This document shows positions 19,311 to 29,190 of a DNA stretch of 50,351 bases, one piece after another. A program made the translations under genes and the position numbers. The notes under the pieces are model-generated. The model searched no databases and was not told the origin of the DNA. It worked only from the letters and a program-made list of their open reading frames with translations. Within the stretch, counting starts at the first letter, position 1. Every line of letters starts with the position of its first letter. Source of the stretch: an uncultured Bacilli bacterium (GTDB lineage: Bacteria; Bacillota_I; Bacilli_A; RF39; UBA660); contig CALVUM010000083.1 in assembly GCA_944363605.1 (NCBI GenBank), positions 1 to 50,351 of the forward strand, written 5' to 3'.

Positions 19311-19676
19311 ATGAAAAAAGGATTTACTTTAATCGAAATAATTATTACGATTGGCCTTATTGCTATTATTGGTACTGTGATTGTAAGTAATTTATCCGTT
19401 AGTTATACAAAACAACAAGAAGAACAATATGAAAATTTTAAAAATACTTTGGAAAAAGCCGCATGTACTTATATTGACTTGAATATGAATGCAAGCCTAA
19501 AAAATACTTGTCAAAGTAAAAAAACTTGTACTATTGCAGTTCAGGATTTGTTAACAGAAGGTCTTATTGAAGATGATGATTTAAATAATCCTAAAACGCA
19601 ATCAAGAATTGCTGGGACGACAAAAATTCAAGTTCGTTATGAAAATGGCATTAAAACATGTAGCTATCAAGAGTAA
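19311..19676 (+). CDS. Type IV pilin-like protein (prepilin cleavage/methylation motif)
   Basis: MKKG-FTLIEIIITIGLIAIIG class III signal peptide with Glu at +5. Confidence 0.88.
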   Translation: MKKGFTLIEIIITIGLIAIIGTVIVSNLSVSYTKQQEEQYENFKNTLEKAACTYIDLNMNASLKNTCQSKKTCTIAVQDLLTEGLIEDDDLNNPKTQSRIAGTTKIQVRYENGIKTCSYQE

Positions 19677-19860
19677 ACTTTGAAATATATTAAATTTTAT
19701 ATTCTATAATATCATTCGTTTTATCACGAAAAGAGTATGCTCTACTTATAGAATTAAATACATTGTGCTTAAATTACATTTTACAAAATCTCCTGAAAAA
19801 GTTTTTTTATAAATTTCAATTTACAAAATTGACAACGAATTAAGAAAAAGGGATAATGAT

Positions 19861-20052
19861 AAAGGAGAGGAATATTATCAGGTAAGTTACAGTGTTAAAG
19901 ATAAAAAAACATTAGAAAGAGAATTAAAACCACTTGATAATATAAACGATCACAATCCTAAATTTTTGTTAAAAACAGATTTTACACCATATACATCATA
20001 TAATGGAATAAAACAAATAAATGTGTTTGATTGGCTGTTGGATAAACTATAG
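19861..20052 (+). pseudogene. C-terminal remnant of a second AAA_14/DUF4143-type ATPase
   Basis: Translates to EYYQVSYSVKDKKTLERELKPLDNINDHNPKFLL...NGIKQINVFDWLL-stop, similar to the end of 12390..13646; no start codon; preceded by TTGACA-17-GATAAT. Confidence 0.75.
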
Positions 20053-20113
20053 AAAGATAGATGTTTAGGATCTTTAAATTTTTACGCATTATAGAAAAAG
20101 TGGGGAAATAATT

Positions 20114-22123
20114 ATGCTAGAAAAAGTAAAAGAAAATAAAAAAGCGATTCTAATTCTTATAATATTCTTAATTACTTTATGTGTAGGAATCAGTTATGCT
20201 TATTGGCAAATTAGTTTTAAACAGATAGTTGAAAATAAAGTGGCTACTAGTTGTTTGAGCATCGAAATCTTAGAAGAGTCAGATGGAATAAAACTAGAAA
20301 AAGCTTATCCAATAACGAATGATGAAGGAATGAAAACGATACCTTATACATTTACGATAAAAAATACGTGTAATACTTTTCTTGATTATGAAGTATCCTT
20401 AGGAATGTTAGATACGACTACTTTAAATAGTCAATATGTCGCGGTTGTTCTAGATTATAATGAAATCAAAACATTAGATACCTATGAAAGGACAACCATT
20501 GATGGGTATAAAGAAGGAAGAATACTTCAAAAGGGAAGTTTATCACAGGAAGATGAAGTTACCTATAATTTAAGACTATGGATGGATTATAATACACCAA
20601 CATTAGAAGAAACTATGAATCAAGAATTTATAAGTCAAATAGTTGTAACCGCGACTCTTGGAAGTTATAGTCCAGTAGAACTTGGATTTACACGACTTTC
20701 TGATGCCATATTAGTAAATGAATATCAAAGTACCGATGTGGAAAGCGCCAAAACTAAAATAAAAAGTAAACAAGCCCCAGATTTTAGTAAAACAGCTCCA
20801 ATCATTGATTGGGAAGAGAATCATGGAAGTAATCAAACTGTCATTGGATCAAGAATGCCTCATCCTGATTTGGTAGGAAATGGAGAATCTTATACAGTGA
20901 ATTTAACAAATGAAAATATTTTACCAACGATAGGAACAGGATATGAGTTTAATCAAGAAACTGGGAAATATACCTTAACCAATTATCAATATGTGGATCC
21001 AACAACCTTAGATTATAGTAATGACTATTATTACTGTGGGTCCGGCTTTAATACGAATGCAAATGATGTGATTATTCCATATGGTAGTTATGCAAATTGT
21101 ACGACCATATATAAAATAACAAGTGCAATAAAGGGTGATGATGCAATTGAAACAAATAATGGAACAGTGATTAAAACTAAACTTTATCGGATTACTGCCT
21201 ATCAATATGGCCAAACAGAAAGAGAAAGTGATAAATCCGATAAAGGATTATATGTTATGACAGATGATTATGGCGAAAGCTACTATTATCGAGGAAGTGT
21301 TAGTAATAATTATGTAAAATTTGCTGGGTACTATTGGAGAATCGTAAGAATTAATGGTGACAGATCAACAAGGCTTTTATATGCCGGAGAAACGGCTAAG
21401 GCAACAGGAAATGAACTGAACATGAATTTAACAGATAGTAGTTTAGGATATGTTAATCAAAGAACATCCCGATTTAGTAGTCAAAATGTAAATCCGGCAT
21501 ATGTTGGATATATGTATGGAAGCGTTTTAAATAGTAGTTATGGTGAAACGAATGCGAATGAATTTGATTCAGAAATTAAGAAATATTTAGATAGCTGGTA
21601 TAAACAAAATATTTTAGATAAAGGATATAATGAATATGTCGCGGATTCTGGATTCTGTAATGATCGAAGTTTATCAAGTGGAGATGGAGTACTGACAGAT
21701 AAAAACACTTTTTATTCTGGATATCAAAGATATTATGACAAACATAGCCCGACCTTAACTTGTTCAAATAAAGAAAATGATTTATTTACTACAAGTACAG
21801 CAAATATAGGAAATAAAGCTTTAACTTATCCGATAGGATTAATTACCGTAGATGAACTAATGTTAGGAGGTCTTGTTGATGGGTATTTAAATCGACTATC
21901 TTATACTTATTCTTCTTATAGTTATAGAACTATGACGCCTAGCCGTTTTAGTATTAGTGATGGGTCAGCTTATGAATTCGTTGCAAATTCGTCTGGTTAT
22001 GCAAGCTACGACCGAGTTACCACTAACTATGGCGTTCGAGCAATTATTAACTTAAAATCGGATGTAGAAATTAGTGGTGGTATTGGGACTGCGAATGATC
22101 CATTTGTAATTCAAACAACTTAA
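20114..22123 (+). CDS. Predicted surface protein with SipW-type-like signal peptide, TasA-like N-terminal region and C-type-lectin-like (DUF6273-like) C-terminal domain
   Basis: Hydrophobic leader ending GISYAYW; YYYRGSVSNNYVKFAGYYWRIVRINGD, FCNDR, YPIGLITVDE, GVRAIINL, GIGTANDPF. Confidence 0.75.
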   Translation: MLEKVKENKKAILILIIFLITLCVGISYAYWQISFKQIVENKVATSCLSIEILEESDGIKLEKAYPITNDEGMKTIPYTFTIKNTCNTFLDYEVSLGMLDTTTLNSQYVAVVLDYNEIKTLDTYERTTIDGYKEGRILQKGSLSQEDEVTYNLRLWMDYNTPTLEETMNQEFISQIVVTATLGSYSPVELGFTRLSDAILVNEYQSTDVESAKTKIKSKQAPDFSKTAPIIDWEENHGSNQTVIGSRMPHPDLVGNGESYTVNLTNENILPTIGTGYEFNQETGKYTLTNYQYVDPTTLDYSNDYYYCGSGFNTNANDVIIPYGSYANCTTIYKITSAIKGDDAIETNNGTVIKTKLYRITAYQYGQTERESDKSDKGLYVMTDDYGESYYYRGSVSNNYVKFAGYYWRIVRINGDRSTRLLYAGETAKATGNELNMNLTDSSLGYVNQRTSRFSSQNVNPAYVGYMYGSVLNSSYGETNANEFDSEIKKYLDSWYKQNILDKGYNEYVADSGFCNDRSLSSGDGVLTDKNTFYSGYQRYYDKHSPTLTCSNKENDLFTTSTANIGNKALTYPIGLITVDELMLGGLVDGYLNRLSYTYSSYSYRTMTPSRFSISDGSAYEFVANSSGYASYDRVTTNYGVRAIINLKSDVEISGGIGTANDPFVIQTT

Positions 22124-22214
22124 AATATTATTACACATTTTGTGATTGTTTATTTATATATAGAAAATAAAATATTCTTTTTTCAAATCATTTAATTATC
22201 CATATTACGATTTG

Positions 22215-22242
22215 ACACTTTTTTGTGAAAGTGTCTTTTTTT
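22215..22242 (+). terminator. Intrinsic terminator
   Basis: GACACTTT...AAAGTGTC followed by T7. Confidence 0.6.
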
Positions 22243-22284
22243 CTCTTTAATTCCTTGATATAATTTATATGGGAGTGAATTTTT

Positions 22285-22899
22285 ATGAAAGTAAAAAAAA
22301 CACCTATGCCTTTGTTTCAAAAAATCGTTTATATTGCAAGTGCAATTTTTATGTTTGTTGCTTTTATTTATTTAGGAACCAAAGACTATAATGTACCGGT
22401 TAAGGATTTTAATGATCAAGAAAATTTTACTAAAGATTTTGGAATAACCAATGAAAATATTTATGATTATAAAACTGCTTCCGAAATTCTTGAAATTATG
22501 AATACGGGTACAGGAGTTATTTTCTTTGCTTTTCCAGAAAATGTTTGGAGTCATACTTATGCTTCCTTATTAAATGATGTGGCTAAGTATTATGGTTTAA
22601 ATGAAATTTATTATTATAATTTTTTTAATGATCGTATTATGAACAATTCTTATTATGAGAACATTGTTAAAAAATTAAATGCTTATTTACCTGTTTTAGA
22701 TAATGGAACTCGCAATATCTATGCGCCTTCGATGATTATGGTAAAAAATGGAGAGATTATTGCCTATGATGATGAAACAAGTATTCTACATGGAGATGTA
22801 ACTGTAGATGATTATTGGACTTATGAAAGACAAGAAAATAAGCGAGTTCAATTAGGCGTTTACTTTGAAAAGTTTTTGGAGGAAGAAAATGAAACTTGA
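22285..22899 (+). CDS. Membrane-anchored thioredoxin-fold-like protein without CxxC
   Basis: N-terminal TM; GTGVIFFAFPENVWS at the usual CxxC position; IYAPSMIMVKNGEII. Confidence 0.55.
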   Translation: MKVKKTPMPLFQKIVYIASAIFMFVAFIYLGTKDYNVPVKDFNDQENFTKDFGITNENIYDYKTASEILEIMNTGTGVIFFAFPENVWSHTYASLLNDVAKYYGLNEIYYYNFFNDRIMNNSYYENIVKKLNAYLPVLDNGTRNIYAPSMIMVKNGEIIAYDDETSILHGDVTVDDYWTYERQENKRVQLGVYFEKFLEEENET

Positions 22900-23461
22900 T
22901 AAGAAAAAAATTAAAGAATTTACAACTGTGGACGAGAAGAAAAGGCAAATCATTTATTCAATCTGCGTAGTTGTAGCTTTGCTAGTTTTAGCTTTTGGAG
23001 ACAAGATCGTTTTACATTTTATAGAGCAAGTTCCTAACAATAATAATCAAATATTTGGAGGAAGTGGTGAAGTAACTGCAAGCGATTATCAAATTGATTT
23101 TTTGAAGGAATTATCGGTAAAGGATATTTTGAGTAAAATTCAAAACCAAGAAAATTTTACTTTATTATCATCTAGAGACTCCTGTCATACTTGTGTTATA
23201 TATATTCCTTTGATTAAGGAAGTTTTTGATAAATATGAAGTGGATGCGTATTATATGAATCGGAGCTTATATGATCGAGATAATACTGAATATGTTTCTT
23301 TATTAAATCAAGATGAAAGATTGAAAAAGAATTTGCAATATACACCTTATATTATGGTGTTTAAAGATGGAAAACTGGTGGATGAGCTAGTTGGAAGTAA
23401 AAATAAAGAAGAAGTAGAGGAATTTGTGCTAAGAAATCAATTGGCAACAAATCAAATATAG
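22889..23461 (+). CDS. Membrane-anchored thioredoxin-family protein (likely start ATG 22889)
   Basis: TM segment; SRDSCHTC CxxC; YTPYIMVFKDGKLVDELVG; RBS GGAGG. Confidence 0.75.
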   Translation: MKLDKKKIKEFTTVDEKKRQIIYSICVVVALLVLAFGDKIVLHFIEQVPNNNNQIFGGSGEVTASDYQIDFLKELSVKDILSKIQNQENFTLLSSRDSCHTCVIYIPLIKEVFDKYEVDAYYMNRSLYDRDNTEYVSLLNQDERLKKNLQYTPYIMVFKDGKLVDELVGSKNKEEVEEFVLRNQLATNQI

Positions 23462-23473
23462 AAAGAGGAGAAT

Positions 23474-24001
23474 ATGGATACAGAAAAGAAAATGCAAAAA
23501 GTTGTAGAAAATTTAGAAGAAAGGCTTTTGACGATTCGAGCTGGAAGAGCAAATCCAGGGATGTTAAAAGGAATTATGGTTCCTTATTATGGAGTTCCTA
23601 CCGATATTCAAAGTTTAGCAAATATTACGGTTCCTGAGGCTAGAGAGCTTTTTATTAAGCCTTTTGATCGTAGTGTTTTAAAAGATATGGAACGGGCGAT
23701 TAACGAAGCTAATTTAGGAATTACTCCTGTAAATAATGGAGAAATGATAATTTTAACTATACCAGAGCTTACCGAAGATCGAAGAAGAGAATATGTTAAA
23801 CAAGCAAAAGCTATTTGTGAAGATGCAAAAATTGCTTTACGAAATGTAAGACAAGATGCAAATAATGAAATCAAAAAAATGGAATTACCAGAAGATGAAG
23901 AAAAAAGTGAGTTAGAAGAAATTCAAGAAATTATTCAAAAATACAATAAAATTGTTGATGAAAAAGGAAAAGAAAAAGAAGAAGAATTAATGGCTATGTA
24001 A
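23474..24001 (+). CDS. frr: Ribosome recycling factor
   Basis: IRAGRANP, PELTEDRRREYVK, KIALRNVRQDAN. Confidence 0.97.
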   Translation: MDTEKKMQKVVENLEERLLTIRAGRANPGMLKGIMVPYYGVPTDIQSLANITVPEARELFIKPFDRSVLKDMERAINEANLGITPVNNGEMIILTIPELTEDRRREYVKQAKAICEDAKIALRNVRQDANNEIKKMELPEDEEKSELEEIQEIIQKYNKIVDEKGKEKEEELMAM

Positions 24002-24100
24002 AAACCTCTTTTTCTTTTTTTTGTGCGTTTTTTCTTGCACTTATAGCTTTTGTGGTGTTATAATCAGATGTAGAAAAGACGAAGGGAGGGAAATTGGAAG

Positions 24101-24292
24101 ATGAATTCTAATAAAGTTGTAGTTAAAGATGGCGATATTGATAAGGCTTTAAGAAGATTCAAAGTGGTAGTAGCCAAAAGTGGTGTCCCTTCAGAATTAA
24201 AAAAGAGAAAACATTATGAAAAACCTGGCGTGAAAAGAAGAGAAGAGAAAAAGAAAAATATTCGTAATTCAAGAAAACATCGTAACAATTAA
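24101..24292 (+). CDS. rpsU: 30S ribosomal protein S21
   Basis: IDKALRRFK...G...[16 protein letters not shown]; RBS GGAGG. Confidence 0.95.
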   Translation: MNSNKVVVKDGDIDKALRRFKVVVAKSGVPSELKKRKHYEKPGVKRREEKKKNIRNSRKHRNN

Positions 24293-24315
24293 GAATACAA
24301 CGCTGTATTCTTTTT
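24291..24315 (+). terminator. Intrinsic terminator after rpsU
   Basis: AAGAATACA-ACGC-TGTATTCTT-TTT. Confidence 0.7.
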
Positions 24316-24485
24316 CTATATGATAAAAGAAAAGAAGTAAAATATGAATCCGTTTGTGGTAAATAATAATGGTTCTATAAGAGAAACAGAACAACAACTT
24401 GAAGCTGTTTTAAAACGTGTTTTATAAATAGAAGAAAAAAATGATTGAAAACTATCCTTCTTTTTTTATATAATTAAATTAGGAG

Positions 24486-24938
24486 ATGAAAAAAATGTTA
24501 GAACAAATTAATAATGATTTAAAGGAAGCTATGAAAAACCAAGATAAATTTACTTTATCTGTACTTAGAATGCTAAAAAGCGCTTTGCAATTGGAAGGAA
24601 TATCTTTAAAGCGTGAACTAACTAATCAAGATGTTATGATGGTAATTAAGAAAAATGTAAAACAAAGAAAAGATACGATTCTTGAATTTGAAAAATATGA
24701 TAAAAAAGCAGAAATTGAAAGTTTAGAAAAGGAAATTCAAATCTTACAAAAATATTTACCAGAAGAACTTACTGAAGAACAAGTTGAGCAAGAAATTGAG
24801 CATGTTTTTGAGTTAGAAAAACCGACTAGTATGAAAGATATGGGCAAAATTATGAAGGTTTTAACCGAAAAAATTGGAACGGTTGCCGATATGTCTTTAG
24901 TAAGCAAAAAAGTTAAAGATAAATTAATGAATTTATAA
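24486..24938 (+). CDS. yqeY: GatB/YqeY domain protein
   Basis: DLKEAMK, VLRMLKSAL, EIQILQKYLPEELT, MKDMGKIM; follows rpsU as in Bacilli. Confidence 0.9.
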   Translation: MKKMLEQINNDLKEAMKNQDKFTLSVLRMLKSALQLEGISLKRELTNQDVMMVIKKNVKQRKDTILEFEKYDKKAEIESLEKEIQILQKYLPEELTEEQVEQEIEHVFELEKPTSMKDMGKIMKVLTEKIGTVADMSLVSKKVKDKLMNL

Positions 24939-25001
24939 AATTATGATATCTTTTGTCGAAGAGATATCTTTTTTTTCTTTTCTTTGCTACATTAGATACG
25001 G

Positions 25002-25238
25002 GTGAGTAGGATGGACTTATATTATATTAATGAAACGCTTTATATTGAGCTTTTAAATGATTTAGATTTCAGTGAGTATCGAGATTTAAAACAACGAATT
25101 TTTCGGATTTTAGATGATTATGGGATTGATAGAATTGTTGTGAAAAATCCTCATAAAATTTTTCATAATCGTCATTTTTTACATCAAATAAAACAAGACT
25201 ATATGGCGAGATATACTGGAGATTTTTATATTAAATAA
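25002..25238 (+). CDS. Hypothetical protein, weakly STAS/anti-sigma-antagonist-like
   Basis: TLYIELLNDLDF...LKQRIFRILDDYGIDRIVV resembles the N-terminal half of SpoIIAA-like domains (by eye only). Confidence 0.4.
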   Translation: MSRMDLYYINETLYIELLNDLDFSEYRDLKQRIFRILDDYGIDRIVVKNPHKIFHNRHFLHQIKQDYMARYTGDFYIK

Positions 25239-25280
25239 CATATTTTTTCTTTTTTGTTTCATACTATAAAAGGTGATAGT

Positions 25281-26015
25281 ATGAAACAAAATCTTTTATT
25301 AGATGCTGGAGTATCTTTAGAAAAAGAACATTTACTTGCGCAGAAAAAGGAAAAAAATGTTCAAATTAAACATTACGTTTTAAAAGATAAAGATGAAAAA
25401 ATTTATCGCAATCGTAAAGGGGACTATTTTACTATTTCTTTTGATGATAAAGTTTTGTATGAAAATTCAAAATGTTTGGAAAAGGTTTTTCAAAAAACAT
25501 TCAAAACTTTTTTAGCTAAATATCATAAGGGTGGAACAATTTTATTTGTTGGTTTAGGGAATTCTTCTATATTAGGAGATTCTTTTGGAACAAAAGTTTT
25601 ACAGCATCTAATCGCGACCAATCAGTATAATGATTTTTTAACAATTCCTAAAGTCGCTTTATTCTCGCCTGAAACAACTAATAAAACAGGAATTTCTTCT
25701 TTTCGGTTAATCGAAATGGTAGTCAAAGATTTACAGCCTGATGTTATTATTTTGCTAGATAGTTTTGTTACCAATCAAACTAAATATTTAAATCGGACAC
25801 TTGAAATTAATGATTGTGGGATGATTTTTGCGGATCAACTTCGAAGCAATAAAACGATTAGCTATGAAACTTTTCATATTCCAGTTTTATCTATTGGTTT
25901 TCCAACACTTTTAAAACTTCATAAAACCTATTTATCTAAGTTTAGTTTAGAGGAAGATTTAGAGATTATTACCAAACTTATTGCTAAATCTATAAATCAT
26001 ATAATTATGTCTTAA
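25281..26015 (+). CDS. gpr: GPR endopeptidase-like spore protease, short form (likely start ATG 25281)
   Basis: KGDYFTI, LFVGLGN...GDSFG, KTGI, PDVIILLDS, PVLSIGFPT; upstream of spoIIP-lepA as in Bacilli; CATACTA SigG-like -10 at 25260. Confidence 0.75.
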   Translation: MKQNLLLDAGVSLEKEHLLAQKKEKNVQIKHYVLKDKDEKIYRNRKGDYFTISFDDKVLYENSKCLEKVFQKTFKTFLAKYHKGGTILFVGLGNSSILGDSFGTKVLQHLIATNQYNDFLTIPKVALFSPETTNKTGISSFRLIEMVVKDLQPDVIILLDSFVTNQTKYLNRTLEINDCGMIFADQLRSNKTISYETFHIPVLSIGFPTLLKLHKTYLSKFSLEEDLEIITKLIAKSINHIIMS

Positions 26016-26057
26016 AACGACATTTTTTTATTTGATCTAGTTGTATACTTTTTTTAG

Positions 26058-26990
26058 GTGATAAGAATGCGCAAAAGATTTATTGGTAAAAAGAAAACAC
26101 AATTTCGATTTAGATTTTTTCTTTTTCTTTCTTTAGGTGTTCTTTCCTTCGCAGTTTGTTTATCTTTCTTTTCTTCATTTTTTGCGAAGAGTTCTGTCGT
26201 AAATTTTTTATTGAAAAATAATTTGTTTACGGAAGAAAAAAAAGTGGAAACGGATATATTTGATTTTCTTTTAGATTATACAATAGGTCGTCAAGAATAC
26301 CAAGACGAGGAATATATAGGCAGTGAATCAAAACAAGAATATACACCAGATCCTGATCCTTTAGAAAACAAAGAAAACCCGATAATCTATTTATATAATA
26401 CACATCAAGGAGAAGAATATAATGGTGGCGTTTTATCTATGCATGATTTAGTACCTACTGTAATGCTAGCAAGTTATCGCTTAAGAGAAAAATTAAACTC
26501 TTATGGTTTAAATACGATTGTTGAGACGAATCAGATTAGCGAAATTTTAAGAACAAATAACTGGAATTATAATTCTAGTTATAAAGCTAGTAAAATTTTA
26601 ATGGAAGACGCTTATGAAAAAAATCCGACCTTAGAATATTTTATTGATTTACATCGTGATGCTATTCCTTATGAAAGTTCAATTGTAGAGTATAACGGAA
26701 AAACATTCACAAGAGTTTTATTTGTTGTGGGGAGCGATAATGAAATTTATAAAACAAATCAAGAACTAGCTACTAAAATTTCGGATACTTTAAATAATAA
26801 AGTTCCAAATATTTCAAAAGGAATTTTGAAAAGAGGAGGAGTTGGAGTTAACGGAATTTATAATCAAGATTTCTCACCAAATACACTTCTAATTGAAATT
26901 GGTGGACAATATAATTCAATAAGTGAAGTGAATAATACAATAGAAGTTTTAGCTTCTGTATTAAATGAGGTGATAAATTCTAATGGATAA
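26058..26990 (+). CDS. spoIIP: Stage II sporulation protein P
   Basis: IYLYNTHQGEEY, FIDLHRDA, GVNGIYNQD, LLIEIGG; N-terminal TM. Confidence 0.92.
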   Translation: MIRMRKRFIGKKKTQFRFRFFLFLSLGVLSFAVCLSFFSSFFAKSSVVNFLLKNNLFTEEKKVETDIFDFLLDYTIGRQEYQDEEYIGSESKQEYTPDPDPLENKENPIIYLYNTHQGEEYNGGVLSMHDLVPTVMLASYRLREKLNSYGLNTIVETNQISEILRTNNWNYNSSYKASKILMEDAYEKNPTLEYFIDLHRDAIPYESSIVEYNGKTFTRVLFVVGSDNEIYKTNQELATKISDTLNNKVPNISKGILKRGGVGVNGIYNQDFSPNTLLIEIGGQYNSISEVNNTIEVLASVLNEVINSNG

Positions 26991-27315
26991 GAAAAAAAAT
27001 AAAGGCACCTGGATACTTAAAGCGCTAGGTGTCTTATTTGTAGTTTATCTTTCTCTTACTATTGCCATTTCTACTGGGTATTATGAAGCTAAATTAAGTG
27101 AAAAAACAACAATTACTGATGAGGCCATGCAACAATTTGAACAAGACGTAAGAGACGGAAAAGATGTTGATATTAAAGATTATGTTACAGATATTCGGAA
27201 AGATTATTCGAATCAAACGACCAAAGCCGGAGTTCTGTTTTCTAAAGCAATTGAAACAGTTATGTCAAAAGGTATTGATGGCATGATTCAAATTTTCAAA
27301 TCTTTGTTTACTTAA
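26983..27315 (+). CDS. Small membrane protein in the position of Bacillus yqxA (between spoIIP and lepA)
   Basis: N-terminal TM; overlaps the spoIIP stop; synteny only. Confidence 0.55.
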   Translation: MDKKKNKGTWILKALGVLFVVYLSLTIAISTGYYEAKLSEKTTITDEAMQQFEQDVRDGKDVDIKDYVTDIRKDYSNQTTKAGVLFSKAIETVMSKGIDGMIQIFKSLFT

Positions 27316-27369
27316 ACAAGGATTTTTTTGATTTACTTCATCTTTTTTCTTTTGTATAATAATAATTAG

Positions 27370-29190
27370 GTGAGTTTTATGGCAAGACAAATTAAACAGG
27401 AAAATATTCGGAATTTTTCAATTATTGCTCATATTGATCATGGTAAAAGTACTTTAGCTGACCGAATTTTAGAACTAACAGGTGCGGTTAGTAAAAGAGA
27501 AATGGTTAATCAAGTATTAGATAGTATGGATTTGGAAAGAGAAAGAGGAATTACCATTAAATTAAATGCTGTTTCTTTAAATTATACCTATCAAAATGAG
27601 GAGTATATTTTAAATTTAATAGATACTCCTGGCCATGTGGATTTTTCTTACGAAGTAAGTCGTAGTTTGGCTGCTTGTGAAGGGGCCATTTTAGTTGTCG
27701 ATGCTTCACAAGGAATAGAAGCGCAGACACTTGCTAATTTGTATTTAGCAATGAATGCAGATTTAACGATTATTCCAGTAATTAATAAAATTGATTTGCC
27801 CAATGCTAATGTTCCTAAAGTCAAGGAAGAATTAATGAAAGTATTAGGTTTTAAAGAGGAAGAAATTCTTCTTTGTAGTGGAAAAACTGGTGAAGGGGTA
27901 AGTGAGTTACTAGAAGAAATTATTAAAAAAGTAAAACCGCCAAAGATTTTGAATGAGGCTTCTTTGAGAGCTTTAATTTTTGACTCTTATTTTGATCCTT
28001 ATAAGGGCGTGGTTGCTTTAGTTAAGGTAGAAGAAGGAACTTTAAAAAATAAAGATGAAATTCTTTTCATGGCTACGGATGCTACTTATGAAGTAACAGA
28101 AATTGGAGTTAGAACACCGAAAGAGCATCCATTAGAAGAATTGAAATGCGGAGATGTCGGATATGTGGTCGCGGCGATCAAAGATATATCTTCCGTTCAT
28201 GTTGGAGATACAATTACCTTAAAGAAAAATCCTGCTAAGGAAGCAATTCAAGGATATAAACCGATGAAACCGATGGTTTATTCAGGAATATTTCCAGTTG
28301 AACCTAATCGTTACGAAGCTTTAAAAGAAGCTTTTGAAAAATTAAAGTTAAATGATGCAGCTTTAACAATTGAACCAGAGACGAGTGATGCTTTGGGGTT
28401 TGGGTTTCGAGTAGGTTTTTTAGGCTTGCTTCATATGGATATTATCACTACAAGAATCGATCGAGAGTTTGCTATTCCTGTCATTGCGACAAGCCCTAGC
28501 GTTGTCTATCAAGTAACTTTGACGAATGGAGAAATGATTTTGGTAGATAGTCCAAATAAATTACCTGAAGCTGTTAAAATTAAACAGATAGAAGAACCTT
28601 TTATCTATACAAATATCATTGTTCCTAGTGAATATATTGGGCCAATTATGGAATTATGTCAAAATAAACGAGGAATTTATAAGTCTTTGGAATATATCGA
28701 TGAGACAAGAGTAAATATTCATTATGAAATTCCTTTATCAGAAGTTGTTTATGATTTTTTCGATAAACTTAAAAGTTATTCGAAAGGATACGCTTCTTTT
28801 GATTATGAGATTTGTGGATACCGAGTGAGTGATTTAGTTAAAATGAATATTTTATTAAATGGTGAAATTGTTGATGCTTTATCCATAATTGTTCATAAAG
28901 ATTTTGCTTATCAAAGAGGAAGAGCGATTGTTACTAAATTAAAGGAAGTTATTCCAAGACAATTATTTCAAATACCTGTTCAAGCAAGCATTGGCTCTAA
29001 AGTTATTGCAAGAGAGAATATTTCAGCAATGAAAAAAAATGTATTGGCCAAGTGTTATGGTGGAGATATTACTCGAAAAAGAAAATTATTAGAAAAACAA
29101 AAAGAGGGAAAGAAAAGAATGAAAATGGTAGGAAATGTTGAGGTTCCAAGTGAAGCATTTCTATCTATATTGAGTGGAGATGAAAAATAA
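27370..29190 (+). CDS. lepA: Translation elongation factor 4
   Basis: [53 protein letters not shown]. Confidence 0.98.
   Translation: MSFMARQIKQENIRNFSIIAHIDHGKSTLADRILELTGAVSKREMVNQVLDSMDLERERGITIKLNAVSLNYTYQNEEYILNLIDTPGHVDFSYEVSRSLAACEGAILVVDASQGIEAQTLANLYLAMNADLTIIPVINKIDLPNANVPKVKEELMKVLGFKEEEILLCSGKTGEGVSELLEEIIKKVKPPKILNEASLRALIFDSYFDPYKGVVALVKVEEGTLKNKDEILFMATDATYEVTEIGVRTPKEHPLEELKCGDVGYVVAAIKDISSVHVGDTITLKKNPAKEAIQGYKPMKPMVYSGIFPVEPNRYEALKEAFEKLKLNDAALTIEPETSDALGFGFRVGFLGLLHMDIITTRIDREFAIPVIATSPSVVYQVTLTNGEMILVDSPNKLPEAVKIKQIEEPFIYTNIIVPSEYIGPIMELCQNKRGIYKSLEYIDETRVNIHYEIPLSEVVYDFFDKLKSYSKGYASFDYEICGYRVSDLVKMNILLNGEIVDALSIIVHKDFAYQRGRAIVTKLKEVIPRQLFQIPVQASIGSKVIARENISAMKKNVLAKCYGGDITRKRKLLEKQKEGKKRMKMVGNVEVPSEAFLSILSGDEK

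Noticed and set aside
24344-24427. 27-aa ORF MNPFVVNNNGSIRETEQQLEAVLKRVL resembling a P-loop kinase C-terminus
   Set aside because: Too short to assign, and no RBS; possibly a remnant.
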